NCBI GenBank assembly: GCA_965222575.1
Contig: OZ244958.1
Coordinates: 288,001 to 352,000, forward strand
Length of the DNA: 64,000 bases
Direction of reading: 5' to 3'
Source: Alphaproteobacteria bacterium
Lineage (GTDB): Bacteria; Pseudomonadota; Alphaproteobacteria; G965222575
The position numbers and the translations under genes were made by a program. Under the pieces are notes generated by a model. The model made no database searches, was not told the origin of the DNA, and saw only the letters and a program-made list of their open reading frames with translations. Shown here in pieces: positions 1 to 9,776 of the stretch; positions within the stretch are counted from its first letter, which is position 1, and every line of letters starts with the position of its first letter.

Positions 1-485
1 GCTGTTTGTACTGTTTCAAGGAGGTTTTTACCTCCAATGTTTTTGACGTTGTTTTCAATGTCAATCTCAAGTGCCACCTGTCCAGCTTTCGTCAGCTTAA
101 TGTACCTCGTGTCTAACGTAATCTTCGTCTCAGCCATCTCCCCATCCTGCCAAGAGCCAAACTCCACTTGCGTTATCCGCCCCCGTATACTCACTACCAC
201 AGCATCAATAGCACTGCCTCCGCCTACTGCTCCCCGTATCACAAGTCCTACATTCTTGCCTTGGTCTATCCCATAAGACGACAACATTGACGCCGACAAC
301 TCCCCTAATGTAATCACAGTCTCCATAGCCTGCATACCCACCGCAACCTTTACAGGTGCCCCCATGCCAAACCCGCGATAATCCTGCGTCTCCTCCGCTA
401 TAGTCGGTAAATCTACCGACTTAACCTTGCTCTCTAATGCCGTCCCCTCAAAATGTGCCGAAAATGATGTAAGTGGTTTGCTCAT
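1..485 (-). CDS. Phage major tail tube protein (P2 FII-like), runs off the window edge
   Basis: Manual translation from ATG at 485: MSKPLTSFSAHFEG...VDLPTIAEETQDYRGFGMGAPVKV...RGRITQVEFGSWQDGE...EIDIENN; follows the sheath gene. Confidence 0.88.
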   Translation of the reverse strand, partial: MSKPLTSFSAHFEGTALESKVKSVDLPTIAEETQDYRGFGMGAPVKVAVGMQAMETVITLGELSASMLSSYGIDQGKNVGLVIRGAVGGGSAIDAVVVSIRGRITQVEFGSWQDGEMAETKITLDTRYIKLTKAGQVALEIDIENNVKNIGGKNLLETVQT

Positions 486-501
486 AGTCTTCTCCTATAT
501 C

Positions 502-1881
502 TTATAATATCTCCGTGTAATAGCCTTTGTTACGCACCGCTCTAAAGGTTATCCGTTCAACTGGCGCCGCAGGCTCAAAGTCAAAATCTACAACCAAATG
601 ACCCCTCTGTAACGCCTCACCATCATTGGCCTCCGGGTCTATTTTCGCCGTGCCGCCCAAAATCGCCCCTTGTGTCTTCAAACGCCTTAGGTATTCATTG
701 AGATTCTCCCCAATATCATAAATTAAGTTAGCACTAAACGGCTTGTCCACTGCCCAATACTGACCCGCTTCTATAGCATCATAAATCGCATCCGCCGTCC
801 GCCTCACTGCCAAAAACTGCCACCGACTATCAGTCCCCGTAGTCTGATTGCCCCATAAGCGATATCCGCCTCTGTAAATAATAGTGGCCACATTGCCAGC
901 GTTTAATTGATTCGCCTCAGAATTGGGACTCTGAGGGTTAAAGCCTATGACACGGGATGTCCCCACAATGCCCATTATCTCCTGATTACTCGGACTATGC
1001 CAAAAGCCTAACGCCGCATCAGTCTTGGCAATCAACCCCGCCACAAATGGAGATATGGGGGCGTTACTCGTCTGCCCGTCTGCCGTTAACACCGATGCAT
1101 AGGGGTCTACTACAAACAACCTGTCTGAAGTGAAGTCAGCGGCGTGACGAAGAGCGTCCGCTATTGTGGTATTAGGGGAATCACTCACCACCACGCCACG
1201 CAAACCGCGTGCCACATCCAATAAAGCACTTGTAATAGCGTTGCCTTTATTAGTAACAGTCGCCGTTAGTGTCGCACCACTGCCCCCGCCTCCCGATAAA
1301 GCAATTGTCGGCGTACTGGTATAGCCATAACCCGCGTTTGTAATGGTGATTTTTGTAATCTTGCCACTTTTCACTTCTGCTGTGGCTGTCGCCCCCGCTC
1401 CACCGCCACCTGAAAAAGAAATGGTCGGCGCTGAAGTATAAGATGACCCCGCTCCTGTAATAGATATGTCTGATACTATGCCATGCCGTACCCCTAAATA
1501 AGACGGCGCAATGAATATCTTAGGCGGACTCTCCACTGAACGCAAAAACGCATATGCCCCCGTCTGTGCACTTTTAGACCCCAGCAATGTTGTGATTTGT
1601 GCCACTGCTGTTTGCTTTGGCTCTACCCGTACTACCACAATAGGACTGCGGACTTGTGCGAAAATATGCCGAATGGAGGAAAGAAGTGTGCCTGCTGTTC
1701 CAAGTTTTTCAGCTTGTTGTATGGTGCGTACCACAACAGGGCGATTTAACGGGTAGGCGTCATTATCCGCCTCCGCCGCAGTCCCCAAAATGCCTATGGT
1801 TGATGTGGAAAGAGTGGCAAGCGCAGGGGCTCCCCGTTCCAGTTGGACGACTTCTGTTCCATGAAGATATTGCGTGGTCAT
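502..1881 (-). CDS. Phage tail sheath protein (P2 FI-like) with an internal Gly/Thr-rich insert
   Basis: YLHGTEV N-terminus, GFWHSPSN, GYRLWGNQT, FLAVRRTAD motifs; likely start MTTQY at 1881. Confidence 0.93.
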   Translation of the reverse strand: MTTQYLHGTEVVQLERGAPALATLSTSTIGILGTAAEADNDAYPLNRPVVVRTIQQAEKLGTAGTLLSSIRHIFAQVRSPIVVVRVEPKQTAVAQITTLLGSKSAQTGAYAFLRSVESPPKIFIAPSYLGVRHGIVSDISITGAGSSYTSAPTISFSGGGGAGATATAEVKSGKITKITITNAGYGYTSTPTIALSGGGGSGATLTATVTNKGNAITSALLDVARGLRGVVVSDSPNTTIADALRHAADFTSDRLFVVDPYASVLTADGQTSNAPISPFVAGLIAKTDAALGFWHSPSNQEIMGIVGTSRVIGFNPQSPNSEANQLNAGNVATIIYRGGYRLWGNQTTGTDSRWQFLAVRRTADAIYDAIEAGQYWAVDKPFSANLIYDIGENLNEYLRRLKTQGAILGGTAKIDPEANDGEALQRGHLVVDFDFEPAAPVERITFRAVRNKGYYTEIL

Positions 1882-1883
1882 AA

Positions 1884-2210
1884 TCAATCCTGTGCTGTTT
1901 GTGTTGTTAATGTACTCGGCGGCGTTGGCCAAGTTACAGAGTCTAGTATCGTTTTATCCGTAATGCCTTTTGTAATGTCTCGTAACGCTTGCCGGTAGGT
2001 ACCCCATTTTTCCTTTTCAACGGACGAAAGCGGTGCGTCAGGCAATTGCGTATAATCACTCATCAATAACAACGGCGCACGCACTTCCCGTATAGTCCCC
2101 AAAATGTCCTCTTTTGTCGGCAGGGGCGAAGAGGGTATTTCCACTTGTTTGGTGCGCGTAATCACACGTCCAGCTTGGAGGCTATAGAGAGTTGCCTTAT
2201 GTTGTGGCAT
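1884..2210 (-). CDS. Tail fibre assembly chaperone
   Basis: SDYTQLPDAP...WGTYRQALRDIT...VTWPTPP motif; directly downstream of the fibre gene. Confidence 0.85.
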   Translation of the reverse strand: MPQHKATLYSLQAGRVITRTKQVEIPSSPLPTKEDILGTIREVRAPLLLMSDYTQLPDAPLSSVEKEKWGTYRQALRDITKGITDKTILDSVTWPTPPSTLTTQTAQD

Positions 2211-3589
2211 TACACCCTCCCTATAAATTGTTCCGCAGAAAAATCAAACCGGTGTCCCGCTTCCCCTGAGTAAGGGGCAATACTCAATGCCTTGACAGTT
2301 GACCTCAATAAGAGTGTTGGCTCAGTGTAAAAATGCTTATAATAGAATTGATAATTAAAGTAATCTATACTATACCCCCTCACACCACTACCACCACCGT
2401 GAAGTGCGAAAAAGCTAGTGCTATGCAAGAAGTGATGATGCACTGAAGGAGTGATGAAGAGCCCTTTGGAAAAAATGATGTGAGTGTAAGTTGGTCGATG
2501 CTGTATCTCCATTTGAAAATCCACTGATTGTGTATCCTTTGGTATCTTTAAGCGCCAGTAGGCTAGGTTAGTTACAGTGTAGTCATATATCTCTAGCCTC
2601 ATCGCCTCCACATTAACGACTTGATTAGAAGCATCAGTAAATACAAATTTATAGCCGCTTTCATGTGTGTTGTCTCTTGGCGTTAGTGAGAATTTTATCT
2701 GTATACGTGGTTGAGAGGAGGGCGCTATAACTGTTGAGTCGAATTGGGTGCTATTTTCATTTGTCCCAGACAATGTTTGATTATAAGAGATGGGGGGAAA
2801 CCATGACCGCGCGGCGGCACTCCCCGCAGGCGTCACAGCCCTTATTGTATCCGTGCCCGTTTTTGTTTCTTCTGTTGTGGCTAATTCTACAATGCCCCGC
2901 CCACTCTCCGACGCAAGGGGAATTGGATTAACCAAAGCGGGGACAGCAGACCTCAAGCCCGCAGGCGTTACAGCACGAAGGGAATCTCTCCCGTCTCTCG
3001 CCTCATCCTCCGTTGCTAACTCTACTAATCCCGCTTGACTACTACTAGCTGTGGGGGCTGACGGCGCATGGGCAAGTACACTAGCTTTAACGCCCGCAGG
3101 TGTAGTGATTTTATTGTCCACAATCCCCCCCAAAACCTCATCCGCTGTGGCTATAGGGGCTATACCCGCCACCAGTGGCGTTGCCCGTGGAAACAAAGGC
3201 GTAACATCCCCCGTTGTAATTGTTGTGGGGGAGATACTGTGAAGTTGTAAAAATAGCACAAAAGAGACTGTCTCATTGGCTTCCTTTGTTGCTATGGGTG
3301 TGCTATGAGAACCATAAGCAAAGAGGACTCCCTCACTGGTTATTACGCCTATTTCTTTGGCTGACCAGTCATCACTACTTTCATCCAAAACTGACAAACT
3401 CAGTGCGTTTCCAACCTCTTGAACAGACGCAATCGTTAAAGTTTTGACAGTGTTGGCAATAGTGGTGGGGGAACTCTGATTATCACTTCCCAAGTGTATC
3501 TCTGTAAGGGATAATTTTACACCAGACGCCGTAGCATCTGTTGCCGCTTGTAACCCCTCTGATGTAATGGATAAGTTTAATACAGGCAT
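2210..3589 (-). CDS. Phage tail fibre protein
   Basis: P2 gpH-like N-terminus (ITSEG...AKEIGVITSEGVLFAYG), three G(L/I)xxxAT..E...VTPAG repeats, divergent C-terminal region. Confidence 0.85.
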   Translation of the reverse strand: MPVLNLSITSEGLQAATDATASGVKLSLTEIHLGSDNQSSPTTIANTVKTLTIASVQEVGNALSLSVLDESSDDWSAKEIGVITSEGVLFAYGSHSTPIATKEANETVSFVLFLQLHSISPTTITTGDVTPLFPRATPLVAGIAPIATADEVLGGIVDNKITTPAGVKASVLAHAPSAPTASSSQAGLVELATEDEARDGRDSLRAVTPAGLRSAVPALVNPIPLASESGRGIVELATTEETKTGTDTIRAVTPAGSAAARSWFPPISYNQTLSGTNENSTQFDSTVIAPSSQPRIQIKFSLTPRDNTHESGYKFVFTDASNQVVNVEAMRLEIYDYTVTNLAYWRLKIPKDTQSVDFQMEIQHRPTYTHIIFSKGLFITPSVHHHFLHSTSFFALHGGGSGVRGYSIDYFNYQFYYKHFYTEPTLLLRSTVKALSIAPYSGEAGHRFDFSAEQFIGRV

Positions 3590-3595
3590 ATCCCC

Positions 3596-3631
3596 TTTAT
3601 AGCAAAGAGAATATGATATGTTCAGAGTCTA
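3596..3631 (-). promoter_or_regulatory. Putative phage late promoter (TAGACTCTGAACA-17nt-TATAAA), 6 nt before the fibre ATG
   Basis: Same 13-mer and identical spacing to the start codon as at 11035-11070. Confidence 0.6.
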
Positions 3632-3979
3632 AGAATAAGTATTATCACCTCTTCTGTCTACTACTTCTACAGTGAAGCTTTCCTCTTCTAATTTGTCATC
3701 AAAGCACGGAAAGTCCCCCCATGGCGTTTTATAACAATATTGTCCAATGACTCGTAATCTTCCCTTCTTAAATCGCATGGGAACAAATGTAAAACCGCTT
3801 TCACAAAATATTTTTTGACCTTTAAGCTTTTCAGCAAAACTTTTCGGAAACTTATTTTGTGGTCTGTAAAGAAAGATTTTTTTTATTTCTTCAAGAAGCT
3901 CTTTCTCGTTTTCACTAAGACGAAGTTTTTGTATTTTTTTGTTTCCTTCCTTGGAAACCTGAAAACAACGCGGCAACAT
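3629..3979 (-). CDS. Hypothetical basic protein, putative toxin partner of the Panacea antitoxin
   Basis: ATG immediately follows the TAG of the antitoxin gene; AT-rich insert between tail genes; no recognisable motif. Confidence 0.5.
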   Translation of the reverse strand: MLPRCFQVSKEGNKKIQKLRLSENEKELLEEIKKIFLYRPQNKFPKSFAEKLKGQKIFCESGFTFVPMRFKKGRLRVIGQYCYKTPWGDFPCFDDKLEEESFTVEVVDRRGDNTYS

Positions 3980-4603
3980 CTACAGACGAGATAAACACTC
4001 TTCCAAAGATATGCATTCTTTTGGGTCTATAGGTTCTGAAGAGACTAGCTCTTCTGCCTCTAACATTTTCCAATCTATAGGATGGGTTTTGGCCCCTTCT
4101 TTTTTTGCTTTCCCCCATGCAAGTCTCCATAGTTCTTCTTCGTGGGACAAATCACAGAGAGAATAAAACTCCATTTTTGCGCAATCATCAGAGGCTCTTT
4201 GTAAATACTCTAAATCCGCATCAGTTAAAGTTTTTTTAGAAAAAGGAATCCTGCTTGTGCAATGCAACCGCCTGCTTCCCGTAGACTCATCAGAGCAATC
4301 TTCAACGCGCACTTTTTCATAAAAAGAGTGAACTCTGGGGGAATATTTATTCTTTTCCTCCGGAAGATCAAGAACATCTTGCATGGCCACGTACTCGTCA
4401 TCCAGAAGACCAAGAGCATTTTCAGGAACAGGACCTGCTTGCATTGCCACATAAGAAGACGTGGAAACAAGGCAATTTCTCTCCAGCATAGAGACCTTAT
4501 CTGCATAATATAAACTCTTCATTAAATGATAATGCCCTATACAGGGATGTCTATCTACTATAAAATGTAGTGACTCCACGAGCTTATTAAAATCAACAGA
4601 CAT
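3980..4603 (-). CDS. Panacea (DUF4065/SocA-like) antitoxin-domain protein
   Basis: LMKSLYYAD...YVAMQAGPVP...LCDLSHEEELWRLAW motifs typical of the family. Confidence 0.8.
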   Translation of the reverse strand: MSVDFNKLVESLHFIVDRHPCIGHYHLMKSLYYADKVSMLERNCLVSTSSYVAMQAGPVPENALGLLDDEYVAMQDVLDLPEEKNKYSPRVHSFYEKVRVEDCSDESTGSRRLHCTSRIPFSKKTLTDADLEYLQRASDDCAKMEFYSLCDLSHEEELWRLAWGKAKKEGAKTHPIDWKMLEAEELVSSEPIDPKECISLEECLSRL

Positions 4604-4665
4604 CCCTATCCCTTTCTCTAATCAATCATTTGTTGTTACAGTTTACAGAAAATTGTTAAAAAAAG

Positions 4666-5211
4666 TCAACCCCCTATATCTATTTGAATGATTTTCATCA
4701 GCCTTATTCCAACCCACAGAAACAAGTCAGAGGGGATTTTATAGTTGTTAGCGTCTCCGGGCGTTTCAATTGTATAATGAACGCCCGCTGGCTTTGTCCT
4801 GTTGACTATCTCTTTGATTTTTCCCTTCAGTTCTTCTTCCCCCCCTGTGCTACTGGTCATTTTCAAAACAAAAGTGCGGGGGCGCCCTTGTGGACGTTGG
4901 TCATACCACTCAAGGACTTCAATGCCAACTCCTTCATACGCTAATACTTCCCTCAGACTTCTCACTGTGCCTTTGTCCATGTGGGTTTGAATAGCTTGCT
5001 TAAGAATTGTGCGTTTACTTGTTTCACTCCAATCCTCTTCCCAGACGTCCACCGACAAAGTAAGGGCTAAATGCGCCAATAAATGTACGGGCAAGGACTC
5101 AACATCCATGGGCTTAGGGGTATCAAGTGCTAGCCTTTTGTCAGCTGTTGTATCCAGCGCTCTCTCAAGGGGCGTACTGTTATCAGGGAGAATGGTACCA
5201 CTAGTGGTCAT
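4666..5211 (-). CDS. Phage tail protein I (P2 gpI-like)
   Basis: ILPDNSTPLERAL...LAHLALTLSVDVWEEDWSETSKR...HMDKGT...EWY motifs. Confidence 0.9.
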   Translation of the reverse strand: MTTSGTILPDNSTPLERALDTTADKRLALDTPKPMDVESLPVHLLAHLALTLSVDVWEEDWSETSKRTILKQAIQTHMDKGTVRSLREVLAYEGVGIEVLEWYDQRPQGRPRTFVLKMTSSTGGEEELKGKIKEIVNRTKPAGVHYTIETPGDANNYKIPSDLFLWVGIRLMKIIQIDIGG

Positions 5212-6112
5212 ATTGTTATTCTCTCCGTAATCTCAATGGGATGTAGCATATATGACGCCTTTGAAACATCTTGCGAGGGCGCTGTAACGGAGATATCCTC
5301 AACTCCTTCCCCTTGTAGTGCCGCCCCCACCATAAAGGGGGTGAGTTTACCACCTATTTTGTGTTGTGACTTGGCCAAGGCACGCGCTCTGTTGCGCGCC
5401 GCTTCTAACACAGAAGCTTTTTGCGGCCCTTCTACTAAAGACACAGTCGCAGTGATGGCCACAGTTTGTATTGTTGCGGCGGCTACTGTAATACTATCCG
5501 TTACAGCCCGCACTTTTCTTTCTGTAGTGCCGTCTTAACTTTTGCTATTAACCCCCTATCCGCTAGCCCACTAGTGGGGTAACCACTGGGATTGCTGTCT
5601 GTTTGTTGTGCTAGAACTTCTACACGCACCACCCCGGGGGACGGCGATGTAATGCCTACATCTTTCACTTGTGCGTCTGCGGCTAAAGCATGCGCCTTGT
5701 ATGCCCCCGCTGTTCCGCCCCCAGTCAAGCCTTCTGGGGCTAACAGAATCCTCTTGCGTAACGCATCATCGTCCTCCAGTACTTCCTCTGAACCTGTTTC
5801 CTGAGACGCCTCCTGAACAACTTTACGGGTCAATCCAAATAACGCCGCCAAATGCTCTAAGTCCGCTCCCGTTGCTGTGGCCAAGTAAGACGCACTCACA
5901 GAGTGATTGATGCGATTGCGTAATAATAACTCGCGGTAGGCAAACGCTTCTAATACTTTTGTCACAGGGTCGCTTTCTAGGGCATCTACAAAAGACGGAT
6001 ACCGCGCCTGAAAATCTGTTTTGAGTGCCGCAAGAATGCCCTCGTAACTCAACTCCTCTATGGCTTGAGGCGGAGGCAACGCAGTCAAATCTAAATCAAC
6101 GTATACACTCAT
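5208..6112 (-). pseudogene. Baseplate J protein split by a frameshift in an A-run near 5515
   Basis: ORF 5501-6112 (LPPPQAIEELSYE...ATGADLEHLA) and ORF 5208-5513 (VRAVTDSITV) join into a P2 gpJ-like protein if one A is added; could be a sequencing error. Confidence 0.8.
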
Positions 6113-6461
6113 ACTATCTCACTTCTCAGCGTTATAGGCTCTTTTGTCTCTTTAAGAAAAGCCCTTACAAAAACAATCATAGTGGGCTAGCCTCTTTCCC
6201 CGATTCAAAGGCAATATCCGTCCTTATCACACTTATACGCGGCTCCCATTTACTCAGTGCTTCTGCCGTGGCGTGCGCCGCTTCTAAGCGTGTCGCTTCC
6301 CCCGCCGGCTTGTCCAACAAGTCCATTAACGCACTTCCGTAATCTGGGCGCATGACACGACTGCCTATGGGAGTCGTCAAAATATCATCAACGGACTGTT
6401 GTAAATGCCCTAATCCTCCTAGAGGCAACCCCGTACTTCTATTCATGCCACTAGTAGTCAT
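6109..6461 (-). pseudogene. Baseplate W/gp25 protein with a frameshift near its C-terminus
   Basis: GMNRSTG...HLQQSVDDILTTPIGSRVMRPDYGS...WEPRI; an alternative frame IVFVRAFLKETKEPITLRSEIV ends in a TGA overlapping the gpJ ATG. Confidence 0.75.
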
Positions 6462-6916
6462 ACCCCTCCTCCCACTGTCATTATGGGTTTGCCGTTCAGT
6501 GTACAGACACCCTTTAACGCTACTCCACTACTTGTTACTTTAACCTCCCCACCACCAAGCTTGAGTGTAATGGCATTACGGCGCACATCAACCAAATTAT
6601 CCCCATCCGCAGTAATCACCCGTAATCCCCCCTGAATACTTGTTTTTTTCAGCCTCGTCTCTTCCTCGCCGAGTACCATTACCCCACTAGTGGGTACACC
6701 CCCATCCGTTGTTGCTGGAAGCCCACTAGTGGGAGGGTGATTCGCATCAAACACACAGCCAATTATCACACCTCTATTAATGTTGCCTTCTGGTACGAGT
6801 ACCACGACTTGCTCCCCCACTTTAGGCGCCCACCACATTTTCGTCCCCCACACTACCCACGGCAAAGGCGGCGTAATAAGTTCTCCACTCTTTACCACTG
6901 CTTTTTTCGCCTCCAA
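6458..6916 (-). CDS. Baseplate spike gpV, N-terminus apparently truncated
   Basis: LPW...WWAPKVGEQVVVLVPEGNINRGVIIG motif; upstream frame closed by a stop shortly before SVDLEAK. Confidence 0.8.
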   Translation of the reverse strand: MEAKKAVVKSGELITPPLPWVVWGTKMWWAPKVGEQVVVLVPEGNINRGVIIGCVFDANHPPTSGLPATTDGGVPTSGVMVLGEEETRLKKTSIQGGLRVITADGDNLVDVRRNAITLKLGGGEVKVTSSGVALKGVCTLNGKPIMTVGGGV

Positions 6917-6976
6917 GTCTACAGATTTGAACTTTCACGCCTAGTAACCCCTGAGAGGGGATTTTATCCTTTGTTC

Positions 6977-7381
6977 TTATCCCCATCTTTCTACCTCAAA
7001 TTCATCCATCCAAAATAGTGCGCTCGGCAATAAATCCAACAGCCGTCCTCGTATAAACAGGTAGGGTTGTAACTGGTTTCCTACGCGGATGTTGGAGGCA
7101 ACAGTAACTGCGTTCTTCACCTGCTTTCTCATCTCATCTAATTTCCCTGCTACCTTTGAACCTCTCCGGTCATCAACAGATTTAAGACAAGTCACAATGC
7201 CAAAAGTGTTGGTGGTCTTAATTACGCGCCGATTGCCTTTGTCAAACACACCTCTTGACGACAACGGCACAAATAGGAAGGACGGGAATGAGAATGTTTT
7301 GTCGTCTAAGTCACTTGCCTCCATAACCCACCCAGTCTCAAGACCAGCCGCTTTAAGCCCCTGTTGTATAAACCTATACAC
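6977..7381 (-). CDS. Mu gp37-like tail terminator/completion protein
   Basis: Position after gpG; FIRGRLLDL...LFWMDEF C-terminus. Confidence 0.6.
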   Translation of the reverse strand: MYRFIQQGLKAAGLETGWVMEASDLDDKTFSFPSFLFVPLSSRGVFDKGNRRVIKTTNTFGIVTCLKSVDDRRGSKVAGKLDEMRKQVKNAVTVASNIRVGNQLQPYLFIRGRLLDLLPSALFWMDEFEVERWG

Positions 7382-7832
7382 CTGCTACCCTCCTGATAGT
7401 ACTCCTTAGGATATCCGCAATTTCTCTCTTGTCCTCCGCTCCAACGCCCAAAAACGGACGGGCTGGAACTTGTGACTGATACCCACTGGGCGCCGCGCCT
7501 TGACCAAATTGATGAAATGCCGCGTATTCTATATTCGTGCCAATGGTCACTGCTTGCGCCCCCGCCGCATAAGTAATTGACTGGTATAACCTCCGCGTAT
7601 CCTGAAGAGCTTTAGACCCTCTACCCGCCTTACGCCGCACTATAGTAGACGGCGCTAAGGGTTGCCACGCCATACCATCTGGGGAACGTTCCCGCTCAAA
7701 GTTATCTTGTGTGCTAGAGACCATGGACATTCCGATATCCTGTAGTGCTTTTGTCACTGCCAACGGCGCAGATTGCGCTAAGCGCTTAAGCAATGCTTTG
7801 GCTTCCGATGTCTTAATTTTAACTCTAATCAT
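7374..7832 (-). CDS. Phage virion morphogenesis protein (Mu gpG / P2 gpS family)
   Basis: NFERERSPDGMAWQPLAPST...LQDTRRL...IGTNIEYAAFHQFG...PARPFLG. Confidence 0.92.
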   Translation of the reverse strand: MIRVKIKTSEAKALLKRLAQSAPLAVTKALQDIGMSMVSSTQDNFERERSPDGMAWQPLAPSTIVRRKAGRGSKALQDTRRLYQSITYAAGAQAVTIGTNIEYAAFHQFGQGAAPSGYQSQVPARPFLGVGAEDKREIADILRSTIRRVAGV

Positions 7833-7834
7833 GG

Positions 7835-8161
7835 CTAGCTAAACACCCTTGGCTTTCCTTCAACCCCCACCTGTGACCCCCCGGGATAAGGGAGAGTTGC
7901 ACCAGTTGCTACCCGCTTTATAACCTCAAGTGCCACCTCATAACGCTCTTTCACCAGCGGGGGCAATACGTCTTCATAAACCCTTGCGTGGGCAATATCC
8001 ATGAGTATCGTTCGCAACTGGGGCAACTCGGGATTAACACCATAGGCTCGTATCATCTCTACAGCCTCTCCTATAGCCGCTGTCAAGTGAGAGTCCGAAT
8101 AGTGTCCACCTTCCCCTAAAGCCCTATATCGCTCTTTTAACTCCGTCGCCGTTAGAGTCAT
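7835..8161 (-). CDS. Mu gp36-like head-tail connector
   Basis: Position after the capsid gene; DIA...VKERYEVALEVIKRVATG motif. Confidence 0.7.
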   Translation of the reverse strand: MTLTATELKERYRALGEGGHYSDSHLTAAIGEAVEMIRAYGVNPELPQLRTILMDIAHARVYEDVLPPLVKERYEVALEVIKRVATGATLPYPGGSQVGVEGKPRVFS

Positions 8162-8165
8162 ATAC

Positions 8166-9026
8166 TTACGCCAAGTAGGGTGAGACTAGTATATCTGCTG
8201 TCTTGTACCACGGGTTACTCTTGCCAGCGTCCGTCCGCTCATTGCCTACCACTTCCCGCGCTTTTTGCTCCAGCGCAGGGGGAACAATAAGGAGATTTGG
8301 GATAACACCAATAGGCACCCCTGAGTCGCCTTTCATTGCCATCAATTTCTGCCTCCCTTTGGCATAGTTCTCCGCATTCAAAGTTTGCTTAGAACCCCAC
8401 GCAAACTGAGGCAAACCAAATCCCGCGGCAACTCGCGCCTCCACGCCAAATAAATACATATTGCGCATAAACCGCGTATCGCCGGTATCAGAAGTAAGGG
8501 AGGTGGTCATATAGTTTTTGCGTACCTGAAAAATCAAGGGCTTCAACGCCTTACTCGCATCCAACAGAAACCAAGGAGTTCCACTGCCACCATCCGTATT
8601 CCTATTCACCAAGAAGAAAGTTTTCCCATCGTAACCTTTTATAGTCCACCCCTTCTTCAGTAAGGCAAATACTAACTGATTAGGATGGGCAGCGGCGTTT
8701 GCTCCAAGTAGCCGTGCCGCATCACCATAAGACGCTATTTTGTTGTCCTCCAACTCTGTCACTGGTATCTCTAGGGTATCTTCATAAAGAATGTTTTTCA
8801 GAGCAAAACCACTGACTTTTAGTTTGTCCAAAGCTCTGTTTCCTATCCATTCCTTCAGTCCCGTGATTTTGCCTAGCCAAGGATAATTCGTAGTATCTGA
8901 ATCACTCCTCGTCACAGTTGCGACTTTTTTATAGTCCTCAGTGTTGCCAGTGGGTTTCAGTCCCTCTTTGAACGCCGTGTTAAGTCCCGTTTCTAAGGCT
9001 TTCAAATCCAAAGTTTTCATAGTCAT
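8166..9026 (-). CDS. Mu-like major capsid protein gpT
   Basis: YPWLGKITGLKEWIGNR, YDGKTFF, PWFLLDASKALKPLIFQVRK, NLLIVPPALE motifs. Confidence 0.95.
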   Translation of the reverse strand: MTMKTLDLKALETGLNTAFKEGLKPTGNTEDYKKVATVTRSDSDTTNYPWLGKITGLKEWIGNRALDKLKVSGFALKNILYEDTLEIPVTELEDNKIASYGDAARLLGANAAAHPNQLVFALLKKGWTIKGYDGKTFFLVNRNTDGGSGTPWFLLDASKALKPLIFQVRKNYMTTSLTSDTGDTRFMRNMYLFGVEARVAAGFGLPQFAWGSKQTLNAENYAKGRQKLMAMKGDSGVPIGVIPNLLIVPPALEQKAREVVGNERTDAGKSNPWYKTADILVSPYLA

Positions 9027-9047
9027 TTTCTTTTTCCTTTTTTTGAT

Positions 9048-9773
9048 TTAGTTTAGTTTTATGGTGGCTTGTCCACTCTTTATATCCACTATTTTCCCCA
9101 CCTCGGTACTACCCGTAGAAGTTACAGTAATTGTATTGCGCGACGCTATGTACGCTTTTTTGCCAATGTTGGCGCGGGCTAATGTCGTTGTAAAGACGGC
9201 TTGCCCCCCAGATTGTATATATAATTTCTTCCCGCCCCGCGCCGCTGTGAGGGCAATACCGACAATCACAGCGTTTTGTTTTTTCACCGCCGGTACAGCC
9301 TTGCCGCCATCATTCTCCACAAGGTCTCCTAACGCAACACTTGAGCCTGCTTTTACTGTCATCTCTAATACATACAAGCTTGGTAAGGTCGGAGAGTCCA
9401 CTAACTCCACCCACACATTGCTATTTTCCAAAGAGCGCACAATGCCAACAGCTGTGGTAGCTGCAGGAGCTTTTGTCACTGTGGTAGCATCCAATATATA
9501 AGCAAGACCCCCAATATCTTCTTGCCCTAGAGGACTATCACTGTCATTGGCAAAGCCAAATACAGCGTTGATTCTCACTCGTATCACTTCACCAGTACTC
9601 TCTGAATTGTAAATTGTCTCATCGGCAACACCCACAATCTTTACCCCCACACCTGCCACTGCTTCTTTGACTTTCTCCCCCACTGCCATTACAAGCGCCC
9701 CAGCAGAGATACTCTCTTCATCGGCAACTGCAAATGATGTTATATAGTGCGAGGGATTTTTTACTTCAGTCAT
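9048..9773 (-). CDS. Capsid decoration/cement-like protein with two tandem domains (DUF2190-like)
   Basis: Between protease and capsid; two copies of a G..V.....A.PA....IVG.A...DIG..AYI....TV domain. Confidence 0.65.
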   Translation of the reverse strand: MTEVKNPSHYITSFAVADEESISAGALVMAVGEKVKEAVAGVGVKIVGVADETIYNSESTGEVIRVRINAVFGFANDSDSPLGQEDIGGLAYILDATTVTKAPAATTAVGIVRSLENSNVWVELVDSPTLPSLYVLEMTVKAGSSVALGDLVENDGGKAVPAVKKQNAVIVGIALTAARGGKKLYIQSGGQAVFTTTLARANIGKKAYIASRNTITVTSTGSTEVGKIVDIKSGQATIKLN

Positions 9774-9776
9774 GTC

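Noticed and set aside
1-9026. Tailocin or gene transfer agent interpretation
   Set aside because: Head genes are present and are Mu-like rather than GTA-like, and the baseplate genes are damaged
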